This document shows, piece by piece, positions 21,735 to 31,356 of a stretch of DNA of 64,000 nt. Below the pieces are notes generated by a model, which was not told the DNA's origin, did no database searches, and saw only the letters and a list, made by a program, of their open reading frames with translations. The stretch covers positions 32,729 to 96,728 of the forward strand of contig JBLIMK010000001.1 of assembly GCA_047638715.1 (NCBI GenBank), given 5' to 3'. This DNA comes from Verrucomicrobiales bacterium (GTDB lineage: Bacteria; Actinomycetota; Acidimicrobiia; Acidimicrobiales; SHLQ01). Position numbers and translations under genes: made by a program. The stretch's first letter is position 1, and each line of letters opens with the position of its first letter.

Positions 21735-22338
21735 GATGTCACCGGTTGTCGATGCGCTCGTGTTCGTCGGTGGTGAAAGCCGCCGAATGGGTAGCGACAA
21801 GGCCCGGCTGCAGTTCGCTGATGGCCCACTTCTCGCGAGGGTTGTTCGTGCTGTTTCACATTTTGACTCGGTCACCCTCGTCGGGGGCCGACCAGACCTG
21901 ATCGAACTTGGGACGAGCGAGCTGTCCAGCTCCCAGCTCAGTCTGGGTCACGTCGCCGATCGGTTTCCTGGTGAAGGCCCGCTCGGCGCGATGATTTCGG
22001 GAATGAGCGCATTGTCGGGTGATGTGGTTCTTGCGGTTGCGTGCGACCTCCCAGAATTGTCGCGTAGCTACGTCGATCTTCTCGTCGCACAACGAGCTCT
22101 GTCGGACGCTGATCTCTGCGTGCCGTTGATCGGCGGAATTCGACAGTGGCATTGTGCTGTTTGGCATCGTCGAACCGCCGAGCACCTGACCCGGGCTTTT
22201 GATGACGGCGAGCGTTCGGTCTTCCGCGCTGCACGGGGGCTCACCGAAGTTACATCCACTACCGAACGCGTTTCGGTGCTGCGCGATTTGGACTCTCCAG
22301 AGGACGTTCAACGCTTTCTAGACAGCCATGCGCCCTAG
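21735..22338 (+). CDS. mobA: Molybdenum cofactor guanylyltransferase-like (MobA/NTP_transf_3)
   Basis: N-terminal LVFVGGESRRMGSDKA motif, about 200 aa. The ORF-track start at 21463 would overlap most of the DUF3151 gene in another frame and was not used. Confidence 0.75.
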
Positions 22339-22394
22339 TGCGTGCGACCCGCGCCGAATGCGCTCGAATCTACCGACTCGTATACGATCGGCAC

Positions 22395-22721
22395 GTGTCA
22401 ATTCCAGAAGTAGACGTCGGCCATTTAGCCGAGCTGTTGCAAAGTGATCAGCCGGTTTCACTCATCGACGTTCGGGAGCCAAACGAGTACGAAGCAGCAC
22501 ACGTGCCGGGCGCCGTTCTTATCCCTCTCGGCGAGATTGCTGCACGTGCCGATGAACTACCCGCCGGCCCCATTCACGTCATCTGCGGCTCAGGAATGCG
22601 TTCGATGAAAGCATGCGAAGCGTTGGCTCCAATGGGTCACGACGTCAGCAATGTCGAAGATGGCACCGGTGGCTGGATCCAAGCCGGTTATTCAACGATC
22701 GCCGGGGGATCGCCGGAGTGA
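22395..22721 (+). CDS. Single-domain rhodanese-like sulfurtransferase
   Basis: Motifs LIDVREPNEYEAAHVPGAVLIP and the active-site loop ICGSGMRS. The GTG at 22395 gives a GlpE-sized protein of about 108 aa. An alternative GTG at 22338 abuts the mobA stop. Confidence 0.8.
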   Translation: MSIPEVDVGHLAELLQSDQPVSLIDVREPNEYEAAHVPGAVLIPLGEIAARADELPAGPIHVICGSGMRSMKACEALAPMGHDVSNVEDGTGGWIQAGYSTIAGGSPE

Positions 22722-23899
22722 GCGACTCGGGCTACTCGGTGATCGAGACCGATCGCGAGTTCCGTGCCTTTATCGACCGCACGCTTGGCGTCGAACATTA
22801 TGCGATCGACACCGAGTTTCATCGTGAACGCTCATACTTCCCCAAGGTTGCGCTGATCCAGATCAACAACGGGACCGAGATAGCGCTCATCGATCCGCTT
22901 GCGGTCAAGCCAGAGCCATTGGCCGAGCTGCTCGAGTCCGATTCGATAGCGGTGCTCCACGCGGCGAGCCAAGATCTCGAAGTCTTTCAACACTGGGCCG
23001 GCACGTTGCCGAAGAGAATCTTCGATACGCAGCTCGCTGCTGGATTCACTGGTCTGTCGACGCCTTCGCTCGCTGCGCTTCATGATCGGGTATTGCATAT
23101 TTCGCTGCCCAAGACCTCTCGACTCACCGACTGGCTTGCCCGTCCGCTCACCGAAGACCAACTCGACTATGCGGCGAGCGATGTGGAGCACCTGCTCGAG
23201 CTTCGTAGCCGAATCGTTGCCGAACTTGTCGAACGGGGCCGCTTAACCTGGGCCGAGGACGAGTTCGAGGAGCTACGGACGGTGCACCGTGGGCGCCGCG
23301 ATCCCGAAGATGCCTGGCGACGGATAAAGGCGGTGCGCCAGCTCAAGGGCGGTTCGCTTGGCGCCGCCCGAGCACTCGCGAGCTGGCGGGAGAACAAGGC
23401 AGCCGATCTCGATCAGCCCGTCCGATTCATACTGTCGGATCTCGCTCTGGTCGGAATTGCACAACGACGCCCCCAGAACGCAGATCAGCTACGCAGTGTT
23501 CGTGGCGTGGACGATCGTTTGGCACGGGGAGATGGCGGAGAGACCATCCTTCGACTGGTCGCCGAAGGAGAGGAGTTTCCGCCTCCTCCCAGGACCGGCG
23601 CTCCCAAACGTGAGCCGCGTCCAGATCTTCGCCCTGCCGTCGCACTCGTCGCGGCATGGGTCGCGCAGCTATCTCGTGAGCTCGACATCGATTCGGCGCT
23701 ATTGGGAACTCGTGCGGATATCGAGGCGTTGGTTCGCGGCGACGATGACGCTCGTTTGAGCATCGGTTGGCGAGCCGAACTCGCTGGCGAGCCGATTCGT
23801 CGACTCATGAGCGGTGAAGCGGCGCTCGCCTTCGATGGCGATGGGGGACTGGTCCTCGAGGAGCGATCTCGAGTGCCTGTTCCACGCCCGGGCATCTAA
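22718..23899 (+). CDS. rnd: Ribonuclease D (DEDD 3'-5' exonuclease + HRDC)
   Basis: Motifs YAIDTEFHRERSYFPKVALIQI, HAASQDLEV and YAASDVEHLLEL. GTGA overlap with the rhodanese stop. About 393 aa. Confidence 0.85.
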   Translation: MSDSGYSVIETDREFRAFIDRTLGVEHYAIDTEFHRERSYFPKVALIQINNGTEIALIDPLAVKPEPLAELLESDSIAVLHAASQDLEVFQHWAGTLPKRIFDTQLAAGFTGLSTPSLAALHDRVLHISLPKTSRLTDWLARPLTEDQLDYAASDVEHLLELRSRIVAELVERGRLTWAEDEFEELRTVHRGRRDPEDAWRRIKAVRQLKGGSLGAARALASWRENKAADLDQPVRFILSDLALVGIAQRRPQNADQLRSVRGVDDRLARGDGGETILRLVAEGEEFPPPPRTGAPKREPRPDLRPAVALVAAWVAQLSRELDIDSALLGTRADIEALVRGDDDARLSIGWRAELAGEPIRRLMSGEAALAFDGDGGLVLEERSRVPVPRPGI

Positions 23900-24008
23900 C
23901 GTCGTTTCTTACGAGGTTTTTGACCCATATCAGTACCGCCCTGTACGTGATGGTGGTTGCCGACCGCTACCATTAGTCGCTATTGCTGTCTCTCAGGGAG
24001 GTCCTGTC

Positions 24009-24275
24009 ATGAAAAAGGGTCGCCATCGTCGGTTTGAAGAAGCTCGTGCGCTGAAACGTTCGCATGAAGTTGATCTGCACGATTTGTTTGACAGCATTTC
24101 CGATTCGGATGAGGGCGAACACAAGCCCGAACACGATGCCTGGGCCGACCTTGCCGAGGAGTGGGATTCGTCCAATACCGACGATGATGCAACGACGACT
24201 CCAGCGTCCAAAGACCGTAACGCGGCATCCGAACTCGGTGACGAAGCTGGGTTGGAAGAAGACGCGGCGAGCTGA
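24009..24275 (+). CDS. Hypothetical small protein with a basic N-terminus and a highly acidic, probably disordered, remainder
   Basis: ATG preceded by GGGAGG at an 8-nt spacing. Sequence MKKGRHRRFEEARALKR followed by a D/E-rich tail. No family recognised. Confidence 0.5.
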   Translation: MKKGRHRRFEEARALKRSHEVDLHDLFDSISDSDEGEHKPEHDAWADLAEEWDSSNTDDDATTTPASKDRNAASELGDEAGLEEDAAS

Positions 24276-24280
24276 CTCAG

Positions 24281-25042
24281 CTAACGCCGAGTCGGCATCG
24301 GAAGTGCGACGACGCTCCCTTGACCTTCGACATGTGCAATGAGCGCGTCTGCGATGAGTTCGCCTGCGAGAGCCGCGATTTCTGCGCGTAGGTAGATCGC
24401 GACACTCGAGCTGCCCGAATATGCCTCGGGTGCTTCAGCGCACCACCAACCGAGGTCTTGGCCAGCCTCGCCCCAATCGGCGCGTGTCCATTGGCGCACG
24501 ATGTGGGTCGACTGATCGTTGTCGTCGAGGTGGTGTTCTACCCGTATGGGTAACTGCCAGCAGACTTCAGGCTTCCATTCGAGGGGGTCGAGCTCGGCAT
24601 TGACCGCAGCAAAGTGAAGGGCGCAGCCCGGTCCGGTCGAGAACCCCGACCGATTCTGAAACACGCAAGCGCCATCGACCACATTGGTTACCCGGTCGCC
24701 GTCGTCGTCGAGCATCGTCAGCGCGTCGGTAAGTTGGCCAACGTCCGCCGGGCCGTCGAGCTCGGGCCGTTCGGTGTGATATTGCCACACGCTCGGTGGG
24801 AGGACGGCCGCTACTTCCATTACTCGCTGGAGGTCGGCCTCGTCAGCGAAATGGGCGCCGTAACTGCAGCATCCACGGTGTCCGTCGACGTCGGGTTCGA
24901 ACTCGATGCCGGCGCACCCTGATCCAAAGATGCAGTTCCAGTTCGATCGAAAATAGGAAAGGTCAAAGAGCCAGGTCTCGTCATTGGCGTCGGCGAAAGA
25001 CACCCATTCGGTCCCAGCGGCTGCAATCGGCGTTTGTGTCAC
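24281..25042 (-). CDS. Conserved hypothetical Cys-rich protein (possible metal/Fe-S binding)
   Basis: 253 aa with clustered cysteines (NCIFGSGCAGI, HRGCCSYGAHF, GACVFQN, GPGCALH). The codon usage looks coding. GTG start at 25042. Confidence 0.65.
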   Translation of the reverse strand: MTQTPIAAAGTEWVSFADANDETWLFDLSYFRSNWNCIFGSGCAGIEFEPDVDGHRGCCSYGAHFADEADLQRVMEVAAVLPPSVWQYHTERPELDGPADVGQLTDALTMLDDDGDRVTNVVDGACVFQNRSGFSTGPGCALHFAAVNAELDPLEWKPEVCWQLPIRVEHHLDDNDQSTHIVRQWTRADWGEAGQDLGWWCAEAPEAYSGSSSVAIYLRAEIAALAGELIADALIAHVEGQGSVVALPMPTRR

Positions 25043-25066
25043 TGTCCGATACTACGATCTGCTCTC

Positions 25067-25267
25067 ATGACTGGAACGTACGACGACTTGATAGAACGCT
25101 TGGAATCGATTGGCGAGGAGCTTGCCGACCGCGGCATCGAACGCCTGCGCTCATCAATCGATGGACAGGTCGAGAACTATGGCGATGAGGAACGGCGCAT
25201 CGGCAAGGCACGACGAGCGGTCGAAAAGGCCGTTCACGAGCTGCGCGGCCCCGTCGAACACTATTGA
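25067..25267 (+). CDS. Hypothetical small helical protein
   Basis: 66-aa ORF (MTGTYDDLIERLESIGEELADRG...) with a coding-like third-position bias. No recognised motif. Confidence 0.4.
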   Translation: MTGTYDDLIERLESIGEELADRGIERLRSSIDGQVENYGDEERRIGKARRAVEKAVHELRGPVEHY

Positions 25268-25275
25268 TCTTTGTG

Positions 25276-26322
25276 TCAGCGAGTCGGCGTAGCGTCATTG
25301 AGCGCGTCGATCATCATCCGAAGGCGTGCATTTCCGTGGCGATCGAACCGAAAGGCGATCCGATGGAGTTCGAGGTTGTCGTCATCTCTGACCTCGGCAT
25401 TGGTTGGCTCGATACGTTCGATCTCACCCGACTCGATGATGTCGCCGAACTCACTTGTTAACGTCGCGAGCTCGTCGTCGTCGACCTCTCGCTTTAGACG
25501 TAAGACAAGACGTTGCCCCACCGCACGTGAGCTGTGGAACGTGCGGTAGAAGCGAGTCATCTCGTCCGCTGCCTCTTCGACCGAGTTCGTGATGATGAAC
25601 AGATTCATGTCGGCCTCGGAGATGAGCCCCTCGCCGAGCAATTCGGCGACAACGAAATCGCGCCATCTCTCCCAGTACGTTGAGCCGTGCGGGTCGAGGA
25701 GAACGACCGGAGCAAGAGTCGACTTACCCGTTTGCATCAGCGTCAGCAGCTCGAACGCCTCATCCATCGTGCCGAAACCGCCTGGAAGCATCGCGTATCC
25801 GGCTGACTCCTTCATGAAGGTAACTTTCCGGGTGAAGAAGTAGCGAAAGTTGATGAGCTTGGGATCGTCGGCGATGAACTCGTTCGCTGAGGCTTCGAAT
25901 GGCAACACGATGTTGATGCCGAATGAGTTCTCTGCGCCGGCTCCTTCCAGTCCAGCGGCCATGATTCCGGGTCCAGCCCCGGTCATGACCATCCAGTCCC
26001 TGGCCGCCATCGCGGCTCCGAGACGCTTCGCACATTCGTAGGCAGGATCGTCAGGTTTGATCCGGGCCGAACCAAAGATCGTGCACTTTGGAATGTCTCG
26101 ATATGGAGCGAACACGTGGAACGAATAGCGCAGCTCTTTTAGTGCGGCATTGACCAGCTTTAGATCGGCTCGTTCGACATCTTCGAGGCTCAACCGGAGC
26201 GCGGTCACGACCAACTCAAACGTCAGATCGGTGTTCTCGACGAGCTTCGCGTCGTCGATCAGCCGCTCGATGTCTTGGTCGAGTTTGGTTTTGCCGGTGC
26301 GGTACCGCGGAAGGTTGTTCAC
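25276..26322 (-). CDS. LOG/TIGR00730-family Rossmann-fold protein with N- and C-terminal extensions (nucleotide 5'-monophosphate nucleosidase-like)
   Basis: Core motifs MTGAGPGIMAA and PGGFGTMDEAFELLTLMQTGK. At 348 aa it is longer than minimal LOG enzymes. Confidence 0.8.
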   Translation of the reverse strand: MNNLPRYRTGKTKLDQDIERLIDDAKLVENTDLTFELVVTALRLSLEDVERADLKLVNAALKELRYSFHVFAPYRDIPKCTIFGSARIKPDDPAYECAKRLGAAMAARDWMVMTGAGPGIMAAGLEGAGAENSFGINIVLPFEASANEFIADDPKLINFRYFFTRKVTFMKESAGYAMLPGGFGTMDEAFELLTLMQTGKSTLAPVVLLDPHGSTYWERWRDFVVAELLGEGLISEADMNLFIITNSVEEAADEMTRFYRTFHSSRAVGQRLVLRLKREVDDDELATLTSEFGDIIESGEIERIEPTNAEVRDDDNLELHRIAFRFDRHGNARLRMMIDALNDATPTR

Positions 26323-26352
26323 GACACCGATGGTAGTTGGGCCGTGGAACCG

Positions 26353-27840
26353 CTACTCGTTGGTTGGGAACCCGAGGTCGACTCGGCTACTGGACGGGTT
26401 CGGCCAACGAGAGGTGATCACCTTGGCTTTGGTGTAGAACTTCACACCTTCTGGGCCATACATCGTCGTGTCGCCAAAGAGCGAGTCCTTCCAACCACCG
26501 AAGGAATGGAAGCCCACCGGCACCGGAATAGGAACGTTGATTCCCACCATTCCAGCATCCGCGTCTTCTTGGAACCTGCGAGCAGCGCCACCGTTCTGGG
26601 TGTAGATCGCTGCACCGTTGCCCCATGGGTTGTTCTTGATCAGGTCGACGCCGTCCTGATAGGTATTCACGCGAACGACCGACAGTACCGGACCAAAGAT
26701 TTCGTCCTTGTAACAGTCCATCTCGGTCGTGACATCGTCGAGCAGCGTGACACCGATGAAGTTTCCGTCGCCTTCGAAGTTCTGTTCTCGGCCATCGACG
26801 ACGACCGTCGCGCCCTGGTCAGCACCCGATCCAATGTAACCAGCGACACGATCGCGGGCTTCCTTGGTGATGAGCGGACCCATCTCCGAGTCGGGATTCA
26901 TGCCGTCACCAATGACGAGCTTTTCCATTCGGACCTTGATCGCGTCAACGAGCGGATCGGCTACCGAACCAACCGCTGCGATGACCGAGATCGCCATGCA
27001 CCGCTCGCCGGCGGAGCCATACGCCGCCGACACGGCAGCATCGGCTGCGTTGTCGATGTCTGCGTCTGGGAGCACGACCATATGGTTCTTTGCTCCGCCA
27101 AGGGCCTGAAAGCGTTTGTTGTTGGCGGTGGCTCGCTCGGCGACGTATTTCGCGATCGGAGTCGAGCCAACAAAGCTGGCTGCCTTGACGTCTGGATGAT
27201 CGAGAAGGCGGTCGACCGCAACCTTGTCGCCCTGAACGACGTTGAGAACACCAGGAGGGAAGCCCGCTTCTTGAAAGAGTTCTGCAATGAACATCGGTGC
27301 GGACGGATCGCGCTCGGACGGCTTCAACACGAAGGTGTTTCCACAAGCGATCGCGTTGGGGATCATCCAGAGGGGAACCATGGCGGGGAAATTGAACGGG
27401 GTGATTCCGGCCACGACACCGAGCGGTTGTCGAACGGAGTAGACATCTACACCGGTCGAGGCTGACTCGCTATACGTACCTTTGAGCGTTTCGGCGATGC
27501 CGCACGCGTATTCGATGTTCTCGAGGCCTCGTGCGACCTCGCCCATTGCATCGGAGAGAACCTTGCCATGTTCGGCGGTGAGTCGTTTGGCGATTTCCCC
27601 GGCGTTGGCTTCCACAAGATTTCGGAAGGAGTACATCAACTTCGTGCGACGGGCCAAGGAGACCTTGCCCCATGTTTCGAACGCAGCCTGGGCTGAGGCG
27701 ACGGCAACGTCGACGTCTTCGATCGACGCCAATGAGAGCTCGCCGGTGGCCTCACCGGTCGCAGGGTTGTAGACGGCGGTAGTGCGGCCTGATGTGCCGG
27801 CGACGCTCGCTCCATCGATGAGGTGCTGGATGGTGTTCAT
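26353..27840 (-). CDS. mmsA: CoA-acylating methylmalonate/malonate-semialdehyde dehydrogenase
   Basis: ALDH fold with FVGSTPIAKY and catalytic-Cys context GSAGERCMAIS. N-terminus and length (495 aa) are typical of MmsA. Confidence 0.9.
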   Translation of the reverse strand: MNTIQHLIDGASVAGTSGRTTAVYNPATGEATGELSLASIEDVDVAVASAQAAFETWGKVSLARRTKLMYSFRNLVEANAGEIAKRLTAEHGKVLSDAMGEVARGLENIEYACGIAETLKGTYSESASTGVDVYSVRQPLGVVAGITPFNFPAMVPLWMIPNAIACGNTFVLKPSERDPSAPMFIAELFQEAGFPPGVLNVVQGDKVAVDRLLDHPDVKAASFVGSTPIAKYVAERATANNKRFQALGGAKNHMVVLPDADIDNAADAAVSAAYGSAGERCMAISVIAAVGSVADPLVDAIKVRMEKLVIGDGMNPDSEMGPLITKEARDRVAGYIGSGADQGATVVVDGREQNFEGDGNFIGVTLLDDVTTEMDCYKDEIFGPVLSVVRVNTYQDGVDLIKNNPWGNGAAIYTQNGGAARRFQEDADAGMVGINVPIPVPVGFHSFGGWKDSLFGDTTMYGPEGVKFYTKAKVITSRWPNPSSSRVDLGFPTNE

Positions 27841-27897
27841 GAAGGCTCCTGAGGAGTTGGGAGGTGTGGGTTCGTAGTTTGGGTGATTCCGCGATGT

Positions 27898-29196
27898 CTA
27901 GATCGCAGCATCGACGGCATGGATTGCAGCGATGAGAGCGTCGATGCCTTCATCGAGTTCGGCTTCGGTGATCGAGAGCATTGGCGCCATCCGAATCACG
28001 TTGCCATACAGCCCGCCCTTACCGACGAGAAGGTTGCGATCTTTTGCTTCGTCGAGGAGCCGAGCCGCCGCCTGCGTGTTTGGTTCGATGCTACCGGGTT
28101 GCACGGTTTCGATCGCCTGCATGAGCCCTCTTCCGCGGAGCTCGGCGATCCATTCGATGTCATCGACCGCAGGGCCGAGGCGGCGTGCCAACCGCTCACC
28201 TCGGGCTTTCGCATTCGCCTGGAGGTTGTTGTCGAGCACATATTTGAGGGTCGCGCGCCCTGCGGCTATCGACAGCGGGTTTCCGCCGAACGTCGAAAAA
28301 CTGAGAACCTTGATCGAATCCATGATCTCGGCCCGTGCGACGCAGCCGGCGAGTGCGACGCCATTTCCGACACCCTTGGCGAAGGTCAAGATGTCGGGAA
28401 TGATGCCATGGGCTTGGTATCCCCAAAAGTGATCTCCAGTACGTCCCCAGCCGGTTTGAACCTCGTCGGAGATAAAGAGAATGTCACGATTCTTGAGTTC
28501 CTTATCGAAGGCCCCGAAGAAGCCATCAGGAGGTGTGGCGAATCCACCGACGCCCTGAATTGGCTCGGCGATAAGTGCCGCGACGTCGCCGGCGGTCCCC
28601 ATATCGATCATCTGGACTAGGTCGTCGACGCATGCGGTCGTGTAGGCATCATCGTCGAGCTGGCGGAAGGGGCTACGAAGGCGGTAGCCGCCCTGTATGA
28701 AGTTCACGTTGAGGCCCGACATGTTCGCGACAGACCACGAGCTCTGGGCGGTGATTGCCTGGGCGGTGTAGGACCGCCCGTGGTAACTGTTTCGCATGGC
28801 GAGAATCTCGTTCGAACCTCGATAGGCGCACGCCAACTGAATTGCGGTGTCGTTCGCTTCGCTCCCCGACGCGGTGAAGAACACGCGAGCGTCGGGAATG
28901 CCGGAGATCTCGGCGACCTCTTCGGCGAACGAGATCATTGGCTCGGACAAGTACAAGGTCGACGTATGCATGACCTTGGCAGCTTGTTCCTGGACTGCTT
29001 GGACAACCTCGGGAACCGAATGGCCGATCATGGTGGTCAGGACGCCGCCGAACCAATCGAGGTATTTGTTGCCCTCGAGATCCCAAACGTAGCTGCCCTC
29101 GCCGCGGTCGATCGAGATCGGTTCGGCGTGGAGCGGCGCAACAAAGGAGGGCAGGGTCGCCTTGTATCGAGCGAGTAGTTCGGGGGTGGTGGTCAT
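27898..29196 (-). CDS. Class-III (omega) aminotransferase
   Basis: Motifs DEVQTGWGRTG and TFAKGVGNG (PLP lysine). The ATG at 29196 is preceded by GGGAG. The ORF-track start at 29241 lacks an SD. Confidence 0.9.
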   Translation of the reverse strand: MTTTPELLARYKATLPSFVAPLHAEPISIDRGEGSYVWDLEGNKYLDWFGGVLTTMIGHSVPEVVQAVQEQAAKVMHTSTLYLSEPMISFAEEVAEISGIPDARVFFTASGSEANDTAIQLACAYRGSNEILAMRNSYHGRSYTAQAITAQSSWSVANMSGLNVNFIQGGYRLRSPFRQLDDDAYTTACVDDLVQMIDMGTAGDVAALIAEPIQGVGGFATPPDGFFGAFDKELKNRDILFISDEVQTGWGRTGDHFWGYQAHGIIPDILTFAKGVGNGVALAGCVARAEIMDSIKVLSFSTFGGNPLSIAAGRATLKYVLDNNLQANAKARGERLARRLGPAVDDIEWIAELRGRGLMQAIETVQPGSIEPNTQAAARLLDEAKDRNLLVGKGGLYGNVIRMAPMLSITEAELDEGIDALIAAIHAVDAAI

Positions 29197-29249
29197 CGAG
29201 TACTCCCAGAGTTTCTTGACGTTGTTGAAGTCGTGGTTCATTCTCTGTT

Positions 29250-29269
29250 ACACAAGGAGCTAACACAAG
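29250..29269. promoter_or_regulatory. Direct repeat ACACAAG-N6-ACACAAG in the AT-rich divergent region between the aminotransferase operon and the MocR regulator (candidate MocR site)
   Basis: Copies at 29250-29256 and 29263-29269. MocR/GabR regulators are known to bind direct repeats in divergent promoters. Confidence 0.4.
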
Positions 29270-29304
29270 CACATGTTTGTACCAAACAAAAGAATTCTGA
29301 ACCG

Positions 29305-30678
29305 ATGACCTCCTTGCCTCTCGATCGGCTCGATGACCGCTCTTCCAACGGCATCGCGCTTGCGATCGGCCGCTTGATTAGCACAGGAGAGCTGTCTTCG
29401 GGATCGCAGCTCCCGACCGTGAGGGCGGTCGCGTCACAACTCGGCGTGAGCCCGACGACGGTCAGCGAGTGTTGGCGAATTTTGCAAAGCCATGGAGCGA
29501 TTGAAACCAATGGCCGGCGTGGCACATTTGTGCGAGGAGTTCGCCAAGGCATGGCGCCCGGGCGTTACTGGCAAGTACCTGTCGATCCGGGCACCTTCGC
29601 GATCGATCTTTCGACCGGAACGCCAGACCCTGCCCTTCTTCCTCCGATCGGCCCGCTGCTGCATCAGGCACCAAAGAATCTTCCGGTGACGTCGTACCTC
29701 GATGCACCGGTGCTCGAGGATCTCGGCGCCCACTTGCGCAGTGGGTGGCCGTTCGAGCCGGAATTGCTCACGATCGTCGACGGCGCGCAGGACGCACTCG
29801 ATCGTCTCGTGAATGCGCTGGTGAATGTCGGCGATGTTGTCCTCATCAATACCCCAGCCTTTCCGCCGGTACTCGACATGCTCGAACAGGCCGGGGCCCG
29901 GGTTGTGGGCGTGTCCATGGATGGCGAAGGCCTTGTTCCCGCAGCGCTTGAGGCTGCATGTGCATTGGAGCCGGTCGCATTGTTCCTCCAGCCGCGGGCG
30001 CATAACCCGACGGGTATCACGATGTCGAATGCTCGCTGCGAAGCGCTGGCGTCAATCTTGGAGAACACGACGATGACGATCGTGGAGGACGATCATTCCG
30101 GAGATGTCAGTGGCGCGCCTCTTCATAGCTTGGGCGCCTATCTTCCCGACCAGGTCGTACACATTCGGAGCTTTTCGAAGTCGCATGGGCCCGATCTTCG
30201 CCTCGCTGCACTTGGCGGTGCGGCGACGCCCATCGATTTGGTGGTTCGACGCCGACGGCTAGGACCTTCGTGGAGTAGTCGGTTGTTGCAACAACTACTC
30301 CTCCAGATGTTGACCGATCCAATAACGATCCAGGCGGTGGCTAAGGCTGACACGGAGTACTCCCGACGACGTGCACTCCTGGTCGGCGCTCTGGCCAAGC
30401 GAGATGTTCTCGTCGGGGGAACGTCGGGCATCAATCTGTGGGTGCCCGTCGACGATGAACAGGTCGCCCTCGTAGTTCTCGCCTCACACGGAATCGGCGC
30501 CGCGCCGGGCGCGCCATTCGCCGCTGGCTCGACCGTCGGCCCCACCGATTCCCTCCGTCAAAGCGTCCGAGAACAACAACACATCCGCATCAGCTTTGGT
30601 GCGATTTCCGAGGGCTTCGAGCAGCTCGCCGAAGCGATTGCAGTGGCAGCAACGGCGACCTCTAGTAGGGCTCGATAG
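29305..30678 (+). CDS. MocR/GabR-type regulator (GntR wHTH fused to an aminotransferase-like domain)
   Basis: N-terminal LPTVRAVASQLGVSPTTVSECWRILQSHGAIETNGRRGTFV followed by a fold-type-I PLP domain of about 350 aa. Divergent from the aminotransferase operon. Confidence 0.85.
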   Translation: MTSLPLDRLDDRSSNGIALAIGRLISTGELSSGSQLPTVRAVASQLGVSPTTVSECWRILQSHGAIETNGRRGTFVRGVRQGMAPGRYWQVPVDPGTFAIDLSTGTPDPALLPPIGPLLHQAPKNLPVTSYLDAPVLEDLGAHLRSGWPFEPELLTIVDGAQDALDRLVNALVNVGDVVLINTPAFPPVLDMLEQAGARVVGVSMDGEGLVPAALEAACALEPVALFLQPRAHNPTGITMSNARCEALASILENTTMTIVEDDHSGDVSGAPLHSLGAYLPDQVVHIRSFSKSHGPDLRLAALGGAATPIDLVVRRRRLGPSWSSRLLQQLLLQMLTDPITIQAVAKADTEYSRRRALLVGALAKRDVLVGGTSGINLWVPVDDEQVALVVLASHGIGAAPGAPFAAGSTVGPTDSLRQSVREQQHIRISFGAISEGFEQLAEAIAVAATATSSRAR

Positions 30679-30754
30679 TCGCCAACGTGCGCCTCGACGC
30701 GCCTAGGTTGTGCCACTGGTCGCATCGATTGTGATGCAGCGAAAGGACTTCACG

Positions 30755-31351
30755 ATGGCAGTCAGAATGAGGCGCACGCTCACCCACGTTCAGAAGACAT
30801 TCGAGGAGGGTGGTAAGACGGTCGCAGAGCCCACAACGTTGGTGGCGGCATTGGCGATTATCGAGAACCCTTGGTTCGGGCAGGGCTTTGTCGAGGACCT
30901 TCGCCCGGAGATCCGAGCTGTTGGTCCCGAGGTCGGAGCATTGCTAACCGAGATGATCCTCGACGTCACCGGCGACGCACTCGAAGGATATGGCAAAGCC
31001 TCCGTTGTCGGAATGGGTGGTGAGATCGAACACGCGCAAGCCTTGACACACACGCTCTGGTTCGGGAATCAATACCGCGATGCGGTGAATGCAAAGAGTT
31101 ATCTCGCGTTCACGAACACCAGGGGAGCCGCTGGCTGCCCACTCATGATTCCGCTCATGGACAAGGACGACGGTGGCCGGCGATCGCATTATCAGACGAT
31201 CCATCTGAACGTGCCCGACGCCCCCGCTGAAGACGAAGTGATCGTTGCGCTTGGGGCATCGATTGGCGGGCACCCGCACCACCGAATCGGGAATCGCTAC
31301 GTCGACCTCGAAGAGATGGGACGTGACGTCGACAATCCTGCTGGTGTGTAG
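30755..31351 (+). CDS. Amino acid synthesis family protein (DUF1185-like)
   Basis: About 198 aa. The sequence pattern GKASVVGMGGEIEHAQALTH...IGGHPHHRIG recalls PF06684-type proteins. This assignment is from memory of the family only. Confidence 0.65.
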   Translation: MAVRMRRTLTHVQKTFEEGGKTVAEPTTLVAALAIIENPWFGQGFVEDLRPEIRAVGPEVGALLTEMILDVTGDALEGYGKASVVGMGGEIEHAQALTHTLWFGNQYRDAVNAKSYLAFTNTRGAAGCPLMIPLMDKDDGGRRSHYQTIHLNVPDAPAEDEVIVALGASIGGHPHHRIGNRYVDLEEMGRDVDNPAGV

Positions 31352-31356
31352 ACCAG

